Made by a program: the position numbers and the translations under genes. DNA of 64,000 bases from Candidatus Pyrohabitans jungbluthii (GTDB lineage: Archaea > Hydrothermarchaeota > Hydrothermarchaeia > Hydrothermarchaeales > BMS3B): assembly GCA_002010065.2 (NCBI GenBank), contig MTMD02000014.1, forward strand, positions 64,001 through 128,000, in the 5' to 3' direction. Each line of letters starts with the position of its first letter. Position 1 is the stretch's first letter. The notes under the pieces are model-generated. The model did no database searches, was not told the DNA's origin, and saw nothing but the letters and a program-made list of their open reading frames with translations. Below are positions 47,367 through 56,668 of the stretch, piece after piece.

Positions 47367-47574
47367 GGTTTATGCATTTTGCTTTAAACCTACCTTCTTC
47401 TTTTAAAATCCTATAGGATTATATAAGCCATCTGGAACTTTCTTTCGAGTTGCAACAAAACAACCACATTATTTTCTAAAACTACTCCAAGCACCAATAT
47501 TTCAGAAATAAAATTGGCAATCTAGCCCTCAATACCATGCGCAATATTTAAATCTCAACGCAAACTAGGACAAC

Positions 47575-48684
47575 CTACTGAAACCTCCTCAAAATATTGT
47601 AAAGCGTATCCCTCTGCGCCGCCGGACGCGAGATCTGCTTGATCAGCGCGACTATTCTCTCGGGAGGGAGGTAACGCGTTTCATAGCCCGTAGCCTTTAC
47701 CACATTCTCCTCTATCATCGTACCCCCAAAGTCGTTGGCGCCGCTGCAGAGCGCAAGCTGCGCCATGCGTTCGCCCTGGGTAAGCCACGAAGCTTGGATG
47801 TTTCTGAAGCTTTCGCCCAGCACCAGCCTCGCTACAGCCACGACGGTGAGGTAGTCTATCCCCCCTGCCTCATACATGCGCTGCTTCGCTGCAAGTGCGG
47901 TGTTGCCCGGTTTAAAACTCCAGGGTATGAAGGCGGTGAAGCCATGCGTAGCCTCCTGCATCTCTCTCAGGCGCAGAAGATGCCTGGCGCGGTCTTCGTT
48001 GCTCTCTCCAAGACCGAAAACCATCGTTGCAGTCGTGGGAATGCCGAGCTCATGCGCAACCAGCATCACCTCGCGCCACTCCCGCCAGGAGATTTTATTG
48101 GGGCTCACTTCACGACGAATGCGGTCGCTGAGAATCTCCGCCCCGCCGCCGGGCATGCTCTGCAGTCCAGCTTCTTTTAACCGAGACAGTACCTCGCGTA
48201 TGCTGAGCCCTTCAACCCTGGCAATGTGCACTATCTCGCTGGGCGAGAAGAAATGGCGCTGCACCTGCGGGAAGCGCTCCCTTACGCGTTGAAGCACCTC
48301 CTCGTAGTACTCGATGCTCAACTCCGGGTTGAGTCCGCCCTGGAGCAGCACCTGCGTGGCGCCCAGCTTTACAGCGCGGGCTATCTTCTCAAGAATCTCC
48401 TCTACGCTAAGAGTATAAGCCTCGCTGCTCCCAGGCGCGCGATAGAAGGCGCAGAACTTGCACGCGCTCACGCAAGCGTTGGTGTAGTTTATGTTTGTGT
48501 CGATGACGAATGTTACGAGGTCACCCACTTGGCGGCTACGAAGCTCGTCCGCAGCTAGGGTTATAAGCTTCAGCTCCCTAGACTCGAGAAGCAGGGTAAC
48601 CTCCTTCAGGCTGAGCTTTTCTCCAGCCAGCGCCTTTTCCAGCGTCGCTATAACTTCGCTGTCAGCGCTTTCTAAAAGCTTCAT
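47575..48684 (-). CDS. mqnC: cyclic dehypoxanthinyl futalosine synthase
   Basis: NINYTN.C...C.FCAF, QGG, PGGGAEIL, FIPWSF, NIQASW. Confidence 0.85.
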   Translation of the reverse strand: MKLLESADSEVIATLEKALAGEKLSLKEVTLLLESRELKLITLAADELRSRQVGDLVTFVIDTNINYTNACVSACKFCAFYRAPGSSEAYTLSVEEILEKIARAVKLGATQVLLQGGLNPELSIEYYEEVLQRVRERFPQVQRHFFSPSEIVHIARVEGLSIREVLSRLKEAGLQSMPGGGAEILSDRIRREVSPNKISWREWREVMLVAHELGIPTTATMVFGLGESNEDRARHLLRLREMQEATHGFTAFIPWSFKPGNTALAAKQRMYEAGGIDYLTVVAVARLVLGESFRNIQASWLTQGERMAQLALCSGANDFGGTMIEENVVKATGYETRYLPPERIVALIKQISRPAAQRDTLYNILRRFQ

Positions 48685-49511
48685 CTCTCTCCTCCCACAA
48701 GTCTTATCTCCGGCGGCGAAGGTATTATCCCGTGCTTTGAAGCAAGCTCAAAGAACCTGCGAAGCCCGCGAAGGTTAGCTTCGCTCAGGCTGTAATCCAA
48801 GCAGCGAAGGTGCTCCTCCATTGCTTTAGAAGGGATGCCCAGCTGGGCAGCGAGCTGGGCAGCAAGCTCTGAAAAGTGCTCATAAGCGTAGCTCCTCGCT
48901 TCATTCAGCGTAAGCTTTAGCTTCTCCACCTCTTCCCTGCGGTGTGCAAAGCTCTTCCTCACCAGCCACAGCGCATAAACCATTGGCAGGCGCGTTAAAG
49001 CATGCCACTCCTCGCCCAGGTCGGCGATTACAAGCTCGCGCCTATGGTACCCCTCTACTATGGCATGATCGCCTATGAGAAGCGCAGCCTCAGCATGGCG
49101 AAGCATCTCCTCCAAGCGAGGGCTCTGGTTCTTTATGAGCCGGGCATTAATCCCACGCTCCCTTAGCAGGATTTCAAGCAGCGCCACGGAGCTTGCGCTT
49201 GTGCTTGTGGTTGCGATGCTCTTACCATCTAGCTCCTCGAGGCATGAGGCTTCTCTTGAAAACACCAGAATGCTGCCCGTTCCAGCAGGCGCGCTTATGG
49301 AGAATCCGTCAAGTATGAAAAACTCTCCTGGATGGAGGGCATATACTATCGACGACGTAGGTGCAGCGTCAACCTCACCGCGATGCAAAAGCTCGCCAAG
49401 CTCAGGCGGGTGTGCCCTGACAAGCTCCACCCCTGCGGAGTTAACAACGCCGCTACGAATCGCGTGGTATATGAAGTCGGTGTTCTTGAAATGGGTCTCT
49501 CCAAGGCGCAA
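48681..49511 (-). CDS. mqnA: chorismate dehydratase
   Basis: F.N, S.SS..L, LLIGD, DLGEEW..T.LP.V.A.W. Confidence 0.88.
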   Translation of the reverse strand: MRLGETHFKNTDFIYHAIRSGVVNSAGVELVRAHPPELGELLHRGEVDAAPTSSIVYALHPGEFFILDGFSISAPAGTGSILVFSREASCLEELDGKSIATTSTSASSVALLEILLRERGINARLIKNQSPRLEEMLRHAEAALLIGDHAIVEGYHRRELVIADLGEEWHALTRLPMVYALWLVRKSFAHRREEVEKLKLTLNEARSYAYEHFSELAAQLAAQLGIPSKAMEEHLRCLDYSLSEANLRGLRRFFELASKHGIIPSPPEIRLVGGER

Positions 49512-50630
49512 TTAATCCCACCTCTGGATTATCTCGTAATCTGTGGAGCGCTGCGCGGGTATGCGCTTCGCCTCGCGTATCAGCTTGATAAGCTCCTCTT
49601 TGGTCGCAAGCTGCGCCGTTTTTGCCCCTGCAGCATGGGCTACACGCTCCTCCACGACGGTGCCGTCTAAATCGTTGGCGCCGTAGTGCAGCGCCACCTG
49701 GGCAAGCTTCTTGCCCAGCATCACCCAGTATGCGCGGATGTTGCGGATGCTATCGCCCAGAAGCACCCTTGCCACGGCGATGGTGCGCAACACGTCTATG
49801 GCAGAGGTGCGCATCAGCTCGGGGTGAGAGCGCTTCAGCGGGGTGTTCTCCGGGTGGTAAACCAAAGGAATAAAGGACATAAACCCTCGCGTAGTCTTCT
49901 GAAGCTCCCGCAGCTTGAGCATGTGGTCTACGCGCTGGCGCAGGCTTTCCACGTGACCAAAGAGCATGGTTGCGTTGCTCTTTATCCCAAGCTCATGCGC
50001 ACACCGCATCACCTCTAACCATTCCTTCGCAGAAGCCTTGTTGGGGCAGAGCTTTTTCCTCAGCTCCTCGTCAAGAATCTCAGCCCCACCGCCTGGCATA
50101 CTCCTCAAGCCTGCCTCCTTAAGGCGAGAAAGCACCTCTCGCACACTCATCCCGAAATTCTTGGAGAAGAAGGCTATCTCTGTGGCGGTAAATGCCTTGA
50201 GATGGAGCTGGGGAAAGCGTCGCCTAATCTCGCGCAGCATTTCCTCGTAGTACTCGAAGGGTAGTTCAGGGTTGTGCGAGCCCACGATGTGAAGCTCGGT
50301 AGCGCCTTCGCGAGCCGCTTGCGAAGCTTTCTCCAGTACCTCCTCGATGCTCAGCGTGTAAGCCTCGTCACTTTCAGGCGTGCGGTAGAAGGCGCAGAAG
50401 TCGCACGCGCTTACGCAGGCGTTGGTGTAGTTTATCTGACGGTTAACCACAAAGGTTACAATATCGCCCACCTGGCGTCGGCGAAGCTCGTCGGCGAGGG
50501 TGCCTAAGAGGAAGAGGTTGTCGCTCTCTATGAGCGCATACCCATCTTGCCTCGAAAGCTCCTCTCCCGCGAGAGCCTTCTCAGCGATTTCGTAAGCCTC
50601 GCTGTCTCTGAGTTCGCGGAGCAGCCTCAT
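49512..50630 (-). CDS. mqnE: aminofutalosine synthase
   Basis: Radical SAM; ELHIVG, SNATMLFGH, FIPL.YHPENT, I.AYWVM. Confidence 0.85.
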   Translation of the reverse strand: MRLLRELRDSEAYEIAEKALAGEELSRQDGYALIESDNLFLLGTLADELRRRQVGDIVTFVVNRQINYTNACVSACDFCAFYRTPESDEAYTLSIEEVLEKASQAAREGATELHIVGSHNPELPFEYYEEMLREIRRRFPQLHLKAFTATEIAFFSKNFGMSVREVLSRLKEAGLRSMPGGGAEILDEELRKKLCPNKASAKEWLEVMRCAHELGIKSNATMLFGHVESLRQRVDHMLKLRELQKTTRGFMSFIPLVYHPENTPLKRSHPELMRTSAIDVLRTIAVARVLLGDSIRNIRAYWVMLGKKLAQVALHYGANDLDGTVVEERVAHAAGAKTAQLATKEELIKLIREAKRIPAQRSTDYEIIQRWD

Positions 50631-50660
50631 CCTGTGCTGGAGAAAAACTTAACGGGCGCA

Positions 50661-50843
50661 TTAAAACTTGCGGCTATCCTTCAGGTTGAGTGCAGCCACC
50701 TCAAAGAGAATCGCCCACAGCAGGTACTGAATCATGTAGAGCGCAGCTAGGGCATCGTCCACCTCTCTAACAGCGCGGTATATCCCGCCAATTACCGCCA
50801 GCACCGCTAACAGGTGCATAGCAAGGGTTACCCTCTCCTTCAT
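50661..50843 (-). CDS. small membrane protein
   Basis: 60 aa with two hydrophobic segments; GGGAG RBS. Confidence 0.45.
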   Translation of the reverse strand: MKERVTLAMHLLAVLAVIGGIYRAVREVDDALAALYMIQYLLWAILFEVAALNLKDSRKF

Positions 50844-50885
50844 TCTCCCACCGGGTTTACTTTCCCGCGGGAGGTATATAAAACT

Positions 50886-51944
50886 TCACTCTATCTTCTC
50901 ACTCACCCCTGCCTCTGCGAATGTTGCCATTTCGTTGAGGATTCTAACCCCTGCTTCTACTAGGCAAATACCAAGCGCTGCACCTGTGCCTTCGCCAAGG
51001 CGAAGGTTGAGGTTGAGCAGCGGTTTAAGCCCGAGGTGTTCCAGCATCACCCTATGCCCAACTTCCTGGGATAGGTGGCTCGCAATCATGTACTGCTTAG
51101 CCAGAGGAGCAAGCTCACCAGCGATAAGCGCTCCTGCGGTGGCTATAAACCCGTCGATTACCACGGCTACGCGGTGCGCCGCTGCTGCTAAAGCCACGCC
51201 AGCTATACCAGCGATTTCATACCCACCAACCTTCGCAAGCACATCTATTGCATCGCTCGGGTCAGGGCGGTTAACTTCTAGGGCGCGCTTAATCACTTCC
51301 ACCTTGCGCTTCCAGGCTTCGTCGTCTATACCCGTGCCCCTTCCTGTAACCTCCTCCACGGCTCGGCGGGTGATAGCTGCGCATATTGCCGCGCTGGGCG
51401 TGGTGTTGCCAATGCCCATATCTCCCACGCCTGCGATGTCCACGCCTCGCTTGAACTCCTTCTCAAAAACCTCTATTCCAGCCTCTATAGCTTCGACAGC
51501 CTGCTCCCGCGTCATCGCAGGTTCGCGTGCCATGTTGCGCGTGCCGTAGGCGACCTTCTTCTTCACCAGTCCCTCCTCAGCCTCTATGTCAGCGGCCACG
51601 CCCATGTCGACGACGACAACACGAGCGCCAGCGTGGCGGGCAAGCACATTTATCGCCGCACCCCCGCGCAGGAAGTTGTACACCATCTGAGGCGTAACCT
51701 CCTGCGGATATGCGCTTACGCCTTCCTCAACTACGCCGTGGTCGCCAGCCATGGTAAATATAACCTTATTCTCAATCTTTGGTCTGGGGGCGCGCTGTAT
51801 ACCAGCCATCTTTATGCTCAGCTCCTCAAGAATGCCCAGACTGCCCTGGGGTTTGGTGAGGTTGTCCTGCCTCTCCTTCGCAAGCTTCATTGCTTCCTCG
51901 TCAATGGGCTCAATCTTCTCTATTATCTCATCAAGCCTGCTCAT
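50886..51944 (-). CDS. cobT: nicotinate-nucleotide--dimethylbenzimidazole phosphoribosyltransferase (bacterial-type)
   Basis: [40 protein letters not shown]. Confidence 0.95.
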   Translation of the reverse strand: MSRLDEIIEKIEPIDEEAMKLAKERQDNLTKPQGSLGILEELSIKMAGIQRAPRPKIENKVIFTMAGDHGVVEEGVSAYPQEVTPQMVYNFLRGGAAINVLARHAGARVVVVDMGVAADIEAEEGLVKKKVAYGTRNMAREPAMTREQAVEAIEAGIEVFEKEFKRGVDIAGVGDMGIGNTTPSAAICAAITRRAVEEVTGRGTGIDDEAWKRKVEVIKRALEVNRPDPSDAIDVLAKVGGYEIAGIAGVALAAAAHRVAVVIDGFIATAGALIAGELAPLAKQYMIASHLSQEVGHRVMLEHLGLKPLLNLNLRLGEGTGAALGICLVEAGVRILNEMATFAEAGVSEKIE

Positions 51945-52002
51945 AAGCTTAAACCTCACATGTTTTTTGCTTAGATTTTAATAATAGTACGATATTTAAG
52001 CA

Positions 52003-52025
52003 TTTCCTAAAATTTTCTTGATTTG
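52003..52025 (+). repeat. left copy of 23-bp direct repeat TTTCCTAAAATTTTCTTGATTTG
   Basis: 21/23 identical to 56644-56666. Confidence 0.7.
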
Positions 52026-52208
52026 CAACGCAAGCTTTTTTGATAAAACTTCGCCATTCGAAGAAGAGAGGATGATGAGGAAAAGACTCAGTGAGTCCTC
52101 ACAGCACTGTCCTTATATTAGAAAAGTTTATAGGAATAAGAATGTACCATAAGACGTAAGATATACCGTTTTGTATCAGACAGCAACCAATAGGGGTGCA
52201 GAAAGAAA

Positions 52209-52524
52209 ATGCAGGCAGAGTACAACTTAGAATTTACAAAATTATTCGTTAAGCAATTTGAAAAATTAGATCGCGCAAATCAAAAAAGAGTTTATAAAAA
52301 AAATCTTGGAATTGAAGAAAGATCCATTCAGACACAGGGCACTTACAGGACCTTTCAAAGGTTGTCATAGGATGCATGTAGGTAAATACAGAGTCATATA
52401 TTTGCCCAAAAAAGATATAAGAAAAGTATTCCTCATCGATGTGGACCTCAGATCGAGGGTTTACCAGAAGGATATTAGAAAAATTATAGAGCGAATTTCC
52501 GAACAAATTCTTTCTCAGAAATAG
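52209..52524 (+). pseudogene. relE: RelE/ParE toxin, frameshifted at an A8 tract
   Basis: MQAEYNLEFTKLF.KQFEKLD...QKRVYKK joins ILELKKDPF...L.G..KG..R..VGKYRVIY if A8 (52296-52303) were A7. Confidence 0.75.
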
Positions 52525-52660
52525 TCTCTCCCGCCTCCGCCTGCTCAATAGATTTCAGTATCCTCACAGCTGTTTTTACGTCTGAAAGAATCTCCAGTGT
52601 TTCTTTCATCGCCTCATACTCTTTCTTCGGGATTTCTATCAATTCTTCTTTTGCAGCCAT
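52484..52660 (-). CDS. RelB/YefM-like antitoxin
   Basis: EYEAMKETLEILSD...SIEQAEAGET.S..E antitoxin signature. Confidence 0.7.
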   Translation of the reverse strand: MAAKEELIEIPKKEYEAMKETLEILSDVKTAVRILKSIEQAEAGETISEKEFVRKFAL

Positions 52661-53042
52661 GGTAACACCAACTATTTCTGAATTTCTGAGAACATACATC
52701 ATATTTATTGTAGTACCTGAATTTTCCATGTACCTTAACGAAGAATACAGTTGTTGCATTTTCCATCACACCAGGTAGACCTAAAACTGCAAACCTTTAC
52801 TACCATCTTCTTCCAGCAGTATCACCGTAAATGCACCGCCTAATTTTGCCTACCGTCCGCAAAGAAGCGAAAGGTTTAAGGGAGATTGAAAGCAGAAAGA
52901 TAACGCTACTGTAATTTGGATAGGGTAGGAAAGGGAGAGATGGTAAATGCTTTAGTTAATATAACCTTCGTAGGCGATTATCTAAATAAACGACTAATAC
53001 GATCGAAAACCTCCTTATAAATGTATATTCGCCCGGATTTGT

Positions 53043-54024
53043 TCAATAACAGTAGCCAGAGCAGCATTTTCCCGAAGACGTGCAGGGCTCACCTACTTGC
53101 TTTCCAGTACATTCGCATTCGCCTTGTGTACATGATTGACAGTTCCATACCTGTGAGGCACAGGTTCCCTGGGAGCAGTAGTATTCGTTCAGCCTTGTAT
53201 CACTCACAGTAATCGCTAACAGACTGAAATGCATCCGTACACGTCCCAGGTTGATATGGATTATTTCCATTGTCGGTATCTGTACATGTGCAGTTTCCGG
53301 ATGAAACGTCATAACATTGTCCATTATTCCAGCAACATGCGGAATTAGATTCGCATTCCTGCTGATCGGTTATCGCGGAACAAGACTGGCATTCCGAAGA
53401 GGATTTATCGTAGCATGCTCCATTAACCCAGCAGCAATTCGGGCTAGATTCGCAGGACGTTTTTGAGGTATAGCCCTGACATCCAAGAGGCTCACAATAA
53501 TATCCACCTTTTCCATCTGGTTTGAGATTGTATCCATTTGGGCAACATTCTCTCACGCCGATTATCGTTTTTACATTCCTAACATTAGGTGATACCTCTG
53601 TTTCTGGACAAGTAAAAGAATCTAAAGGAAGATTCTCATAAAATCTCCAATCCGTAGAATAAGTTACTGATTCACCATAATTAATTTTCTGAGAAAAATC
53701 AACAGTATATTCAAATGGTACCCAATCGCCTAAATTTAGAAAACCACAACTTCCAACTGATGCGCCACCTTCTATACACTCGTAAGTTAAAGGTGGGATT
53801 ATCATTTTTGCTGATTTTACATGAGTATTAAAAACATCGCATGCTTCTATATATCCCTTCACATAATCGATTTCGCAGTATCCGTTTTTTATATTACAAG
53901 TATATGTTACGCTTCCACCATTTTCGTAATAAGAATACCAATTCGTGCACTGTTGCGAGAAACCGAAGGGTAGTAAAATAAAGAATACGAAAAGGAATGA
54001 TAATATTATTTTTTCTAATTTCAT
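53043..54024 (-). pseudogene. Cys-rich secreted/surface protein split by a frameshift near 53205
   Basis: Signal peptide; two tandem CxS..CCW.NG.CYD repeats; CTDTD.G..Y..G.C...DYC continues as SDTRLNEYYC in another frame. Confidence 0.65.
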
Positions 54025-54512
54025 AAAATCACATTCAATAATTTTTCCATCAGTTTTTTCTCCTTACCTTTCATTCCGTATAAAATATTATCTCTTTTCC
54101 ATAAAAATATATTCAGAGATTCGTTCCCCACAGCAACGGCGTAAAAACCTATTTTCGTTCCGTTTATATTGAAAGATTCCGTCTCGTCAGCGTAAGGAGA
54201 TATACTCGAGATAAAATTACTCAGATAATTTTCCGCTTGGGAAGATGAGGAATATCTGCCTATATGAAGAATTATCGCCCCGTCATCGGTTTTATATGTA
54301 ACCACAACCCCGCTTTCCGCGCCTGAAAACATGAGTTCGGTTGTGTTTGTGTAGCCGAGATAGGAGAGACCGGCAGGAAGAATGTTTGTCGGGAAAAGTT
54401 CTGTTAAATCTTCTTTCTGCTTTTGAAAGGAGAATATAAAAAAATAAGATAAAATTCCTATTAGCACAATTAGGAATAGAAGAATTTTCCAATTACTTTT
54501 GGATATATACAT
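54021..54512 (-). CDS. membrane-anchored hypothetical protein
   Basis: N-terminal TM; ATGA overlap with the Cys-rich gene. Confidence 0.65.
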   Translation of the reverse strand: MYISKSNWKILLFLIVLIGILSYFFIFSFQKQKEDLTELFPTNILPAGLSYLGYTNTTELMFSGAESGVVVTYKTDDGAIILHIGRYSSSSQAENYLSNFISSISPYADETESFNINGTKIGFYAVAVGNESLNIFLWKRDNILYGMKGKEKKLMEKLLNVIL

Positions 54513-54546
54513 AATAAATTAAATAACTCTCATCTATTATAAATTT

Positions 54547-55698
54547 TTACAATTCATGCCAATTTTTTACTTTCCTTATCTTTTTTTCTTCCTTCATTTT
54601 TTTATAAAGCTTATCTCTACAATCCCAAAGTAACTTACCAATATATTCATGTTCTTCGCTAAGAGACTTAAAACGTTTTCTTTCACCAGTCTGTTCAATT
54701 TTGTTGTGAAGCATTTCATGAAGAATGCCATCAGCCAAATGATAAGGTCCGTAGTAAAAAACACTTTCTCTACCAATTAGTATTTCTCCGTCACCTCCAG
54801 CAAATATTTGTGTATTGTAAAGCTGTATCCTATTCACATATCTTGCAATATCCTCATATTCTTTCGGACAAGTTTCATTAATAATATCCAAAGCCTTCTT
54901 TATTTTTTCGAATGGATGCATTTGAGAAGTATTTTGTTTTTTCATCTCTCTTCTAAACTCAACGGACATGATTAACAATATATCACCATCTCCTATATCG
55001 AGACCGTGGTGGTATTCATCTACGTTTTCATCGATAAATTCCTTTATTTCTTCACGCGCCTCTGAGGCATTTGCGATATAGCTAATTCTATCTAAAAATA
55101 ATGGTGCAAAATGTTCTGAATACATTATTCCATCTTTGAAAGTGTATGTTATAAAATTCTTCTTTACCAATTCCGCATCATCCTTTCCTACTTTTTCTGC
55201 CAATGCATCGTAGAATTCTTTTCTCAGCATTTCTTTCAATTTTATTTGTCTTTCCACTTCCGGTGTTAAATACGGATCTGTTCCCCTCTGAATTTCTTCC
55301 CAGTCGGAAACACCGTCTCCGTCGCTATCCATTCTTTTGAGTTTATATGTTTCGCGATCGAAAACGAATTCGTATGCATCTTTAAGTTTTTTATTCGTAT
55401 AATCCTTAAAACCAGAGTCGAAATAATATGCTGCTCCGAAACCGGCCAATGCTGTTAGACCTGCAACTATACCGTAAAGTATTTTCTTCGTCTTACTCGA
55501 TTCTGTTTCTCTCTCGCTCTTCTTTTCAGGTTCGGTAGATGGATATTCTGCTAATCTTTCTTGATGAACAAAACCACCATGTAGAATTGTATATGGGTCC
55601 GGTATTGGAATGCTTCCTTCTTCCTCGTATATAAATCTACTTCCTTCTTCTCCTAATTCTTTTGCAAGTTCTATTGCTTTTTTTAGCGTGGTGCTCAC
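54547..55698 (-). CDS. membrane-anchored protein with DxDxDG Ca-binding motif and HExxH zincin-like motif
   Basis: TM (ILYGIVAGLTALAGFGAAYY), DSDGDGVSDWEE..GTDP, LHEMLH...EEH. Confidence 0.65.
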   Translation of the reverse strand: MSTTLKKAIELAKELGEEGSRFIYEEEGSIPIPDPYTILHGGFVHQERLAEYPSTEPEKKSERETESSKTKKILYGIVAGLTALAGFGAAYYFDSGFKDYTNKKLKDAYEFVFDRETYKLKRMDSDGDGVSDWEEIQRGTDPYLTPEVERQIKLKEMLRKEFYDALAEKVGKDDAELVKKNFITYTFKDGIMYSEHFAPLFLDRISYIANASEAREEIKEFIDENVDEYHHGLDIGDGDILLIMSVEFRREMKKQNTSQMHPFEKIKKALDIINETCPKEYEDIARYVNRIQLYNTQIFAGGDGEILIGRESVFYYGPYHLADGILHEMLHNKIEQTGERKRFKSLSEEHEYIGKLLWDCRDKLYKKMKEEKKIRKVKNWHEL

Positions 55699-56049
55699 AA
55701 TAACAATTTAACCACTTTAAATTTAAAAATGTAACGATTTGATATTAGGTGTGTCATCTGCAAGAGATTTCGCCTGTGCAGCATTTTTGCAAGACCATTT
55801 GCTGAAGCTACTGCAGGTGATAGGGGGAAGCTGCTCGGACTGCTGTGGCTGTGGTTTAAGCACCCCTTTGTTTCACCGTTCCGCCAGAAGACCGTCGAAC
55901 AGCCGCTAAAACCTCAGAAAGGGATAAAAAGGGAAGAGTTGAGCATCGCTTTAGGGTCGCAGGGATTCAGAGAAGAATTATTCCCGCTGGAAGTGCTCCT
56001 CCGGCACAACCACTTGAGACAGCCCATAAACCAGAACTGGAGAAAATTG

Positions 56050-56259
56050 TTGAGGATGATTCCAAATACCTCTCTACTTTCATTGCCAGAGGAGATGTAT
56101 AAAAAGATTGTAGAATTTAGAAAAACCATAAACTTGGATTTTGATGATGCCTATCAATATGGCGTGGCTAAGTATTTTGGACTCAAAATAGTCACTATGG
56201 ATAGAGATTTTGAGAAAGTGAAAGACGTGGAAGTTGAGTTCTTACAGGATGTCGCCTAA
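56050..56259 (+). pseudogene. C-terminal fragment of a PIN/VapC toxin
   Basis: LDFDDAYQY..AK..GL.IVT.DRDF present; N-terminal DTN motif absent. Confidence 0.65.
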
Positions 56260-56366
56260 AGCTGAGCTAGCATGCCTCAGCGTTAGCCAGACCTCTTACA
56301 GCTGTTTTTAATTAATAAATTTCCATTAATAATTTAGATGTGAAAAAACTTTGCGAACAATAAAAT

Positions 56367-56633
56367 ATGGAGTCACCTGTAATGCCTCCTCACTATAGAA
56401 AAGGTTTCTGGATGGAGCCAGGGAGGGAGTACCAGTGTGCCTCCTGCGGCGTGAAGTTTGGCACCAGCTATCCGCGCTTTATCCGCGATTGTCCCTCCTG
56501 CCACCACGAGTTTATCGCCTACGTTGAAGAGGACGAAGAGGAGATAGCCTGCCTCCACAGAATGGAGATGGTCACAAAGATAACCTGCCACTTCTGCAGG
56601 CTCCGCAGGCATGGGCTCTGCGACGGTGGCTAA
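56367..56633 (+). CDS. zinc-ribbon protein
   Basis: CASC, CPSC, C.H, CHFC..C. Confidence 0.6.
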   Translation: MESPVMPPHYRKGFWMEPGREYQCASCGVKFGTSYPRFIRDCPSCHHEFIAYVEEDEEEIACLHRMEMVTKITCHFCRLRRHGLCDGG

Positions 56634-56643
56634 TTTCTTTGTC

Positions 56644-56666
56644 TTTGCTAAAGTTTTCTTGATTTG
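56644..56666 (+). repeat. right copy of 23-bp direct repeat TTTGCTAAAGTTTTCTTGATTTG
   Basis: 21/23 identical to 52003-52025; ends 2 nt before the ATG at 56669. Confidence 0.7.
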
Positions 56667-56668
56667 GC

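Larger units (their letters stand above)
52003..56666. mobile_element. AT-rich decaying genomic island (no integrase seen)
   Basis: Sharp drop in GC, flanking direct repeats, TA genes, frameshifted genes. Confidence 0.6.

Noticed and set aside
47575-50630. CofH (F420 biosynthesis) assignment for the two radical SAM genes
   Set aside because: They flank mqnA and carry MqnC/MqnE-type motifs.
52760-52835. Possible HicB antitoxin remnant on the minus strand (FTVILLEEDG / LPG)
   Set aside because: Too short, and needs a frameshift; cannot be supported without a search.
52950-52990. dif/Xer-like site (minus strand ...TAATCGCCTAC GAAGG TTATATTAACT)
   Set aside because: Only one arm resembles consensus; the spacer length and other arm do not fit.
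55939-56049. N-terminal part of ORF 55939-56259 as a real PIN N-terminus
   Set aside because: It lacks the DTN motif and looks like unrelated sequence joined to a PIN C-terminal fragment.
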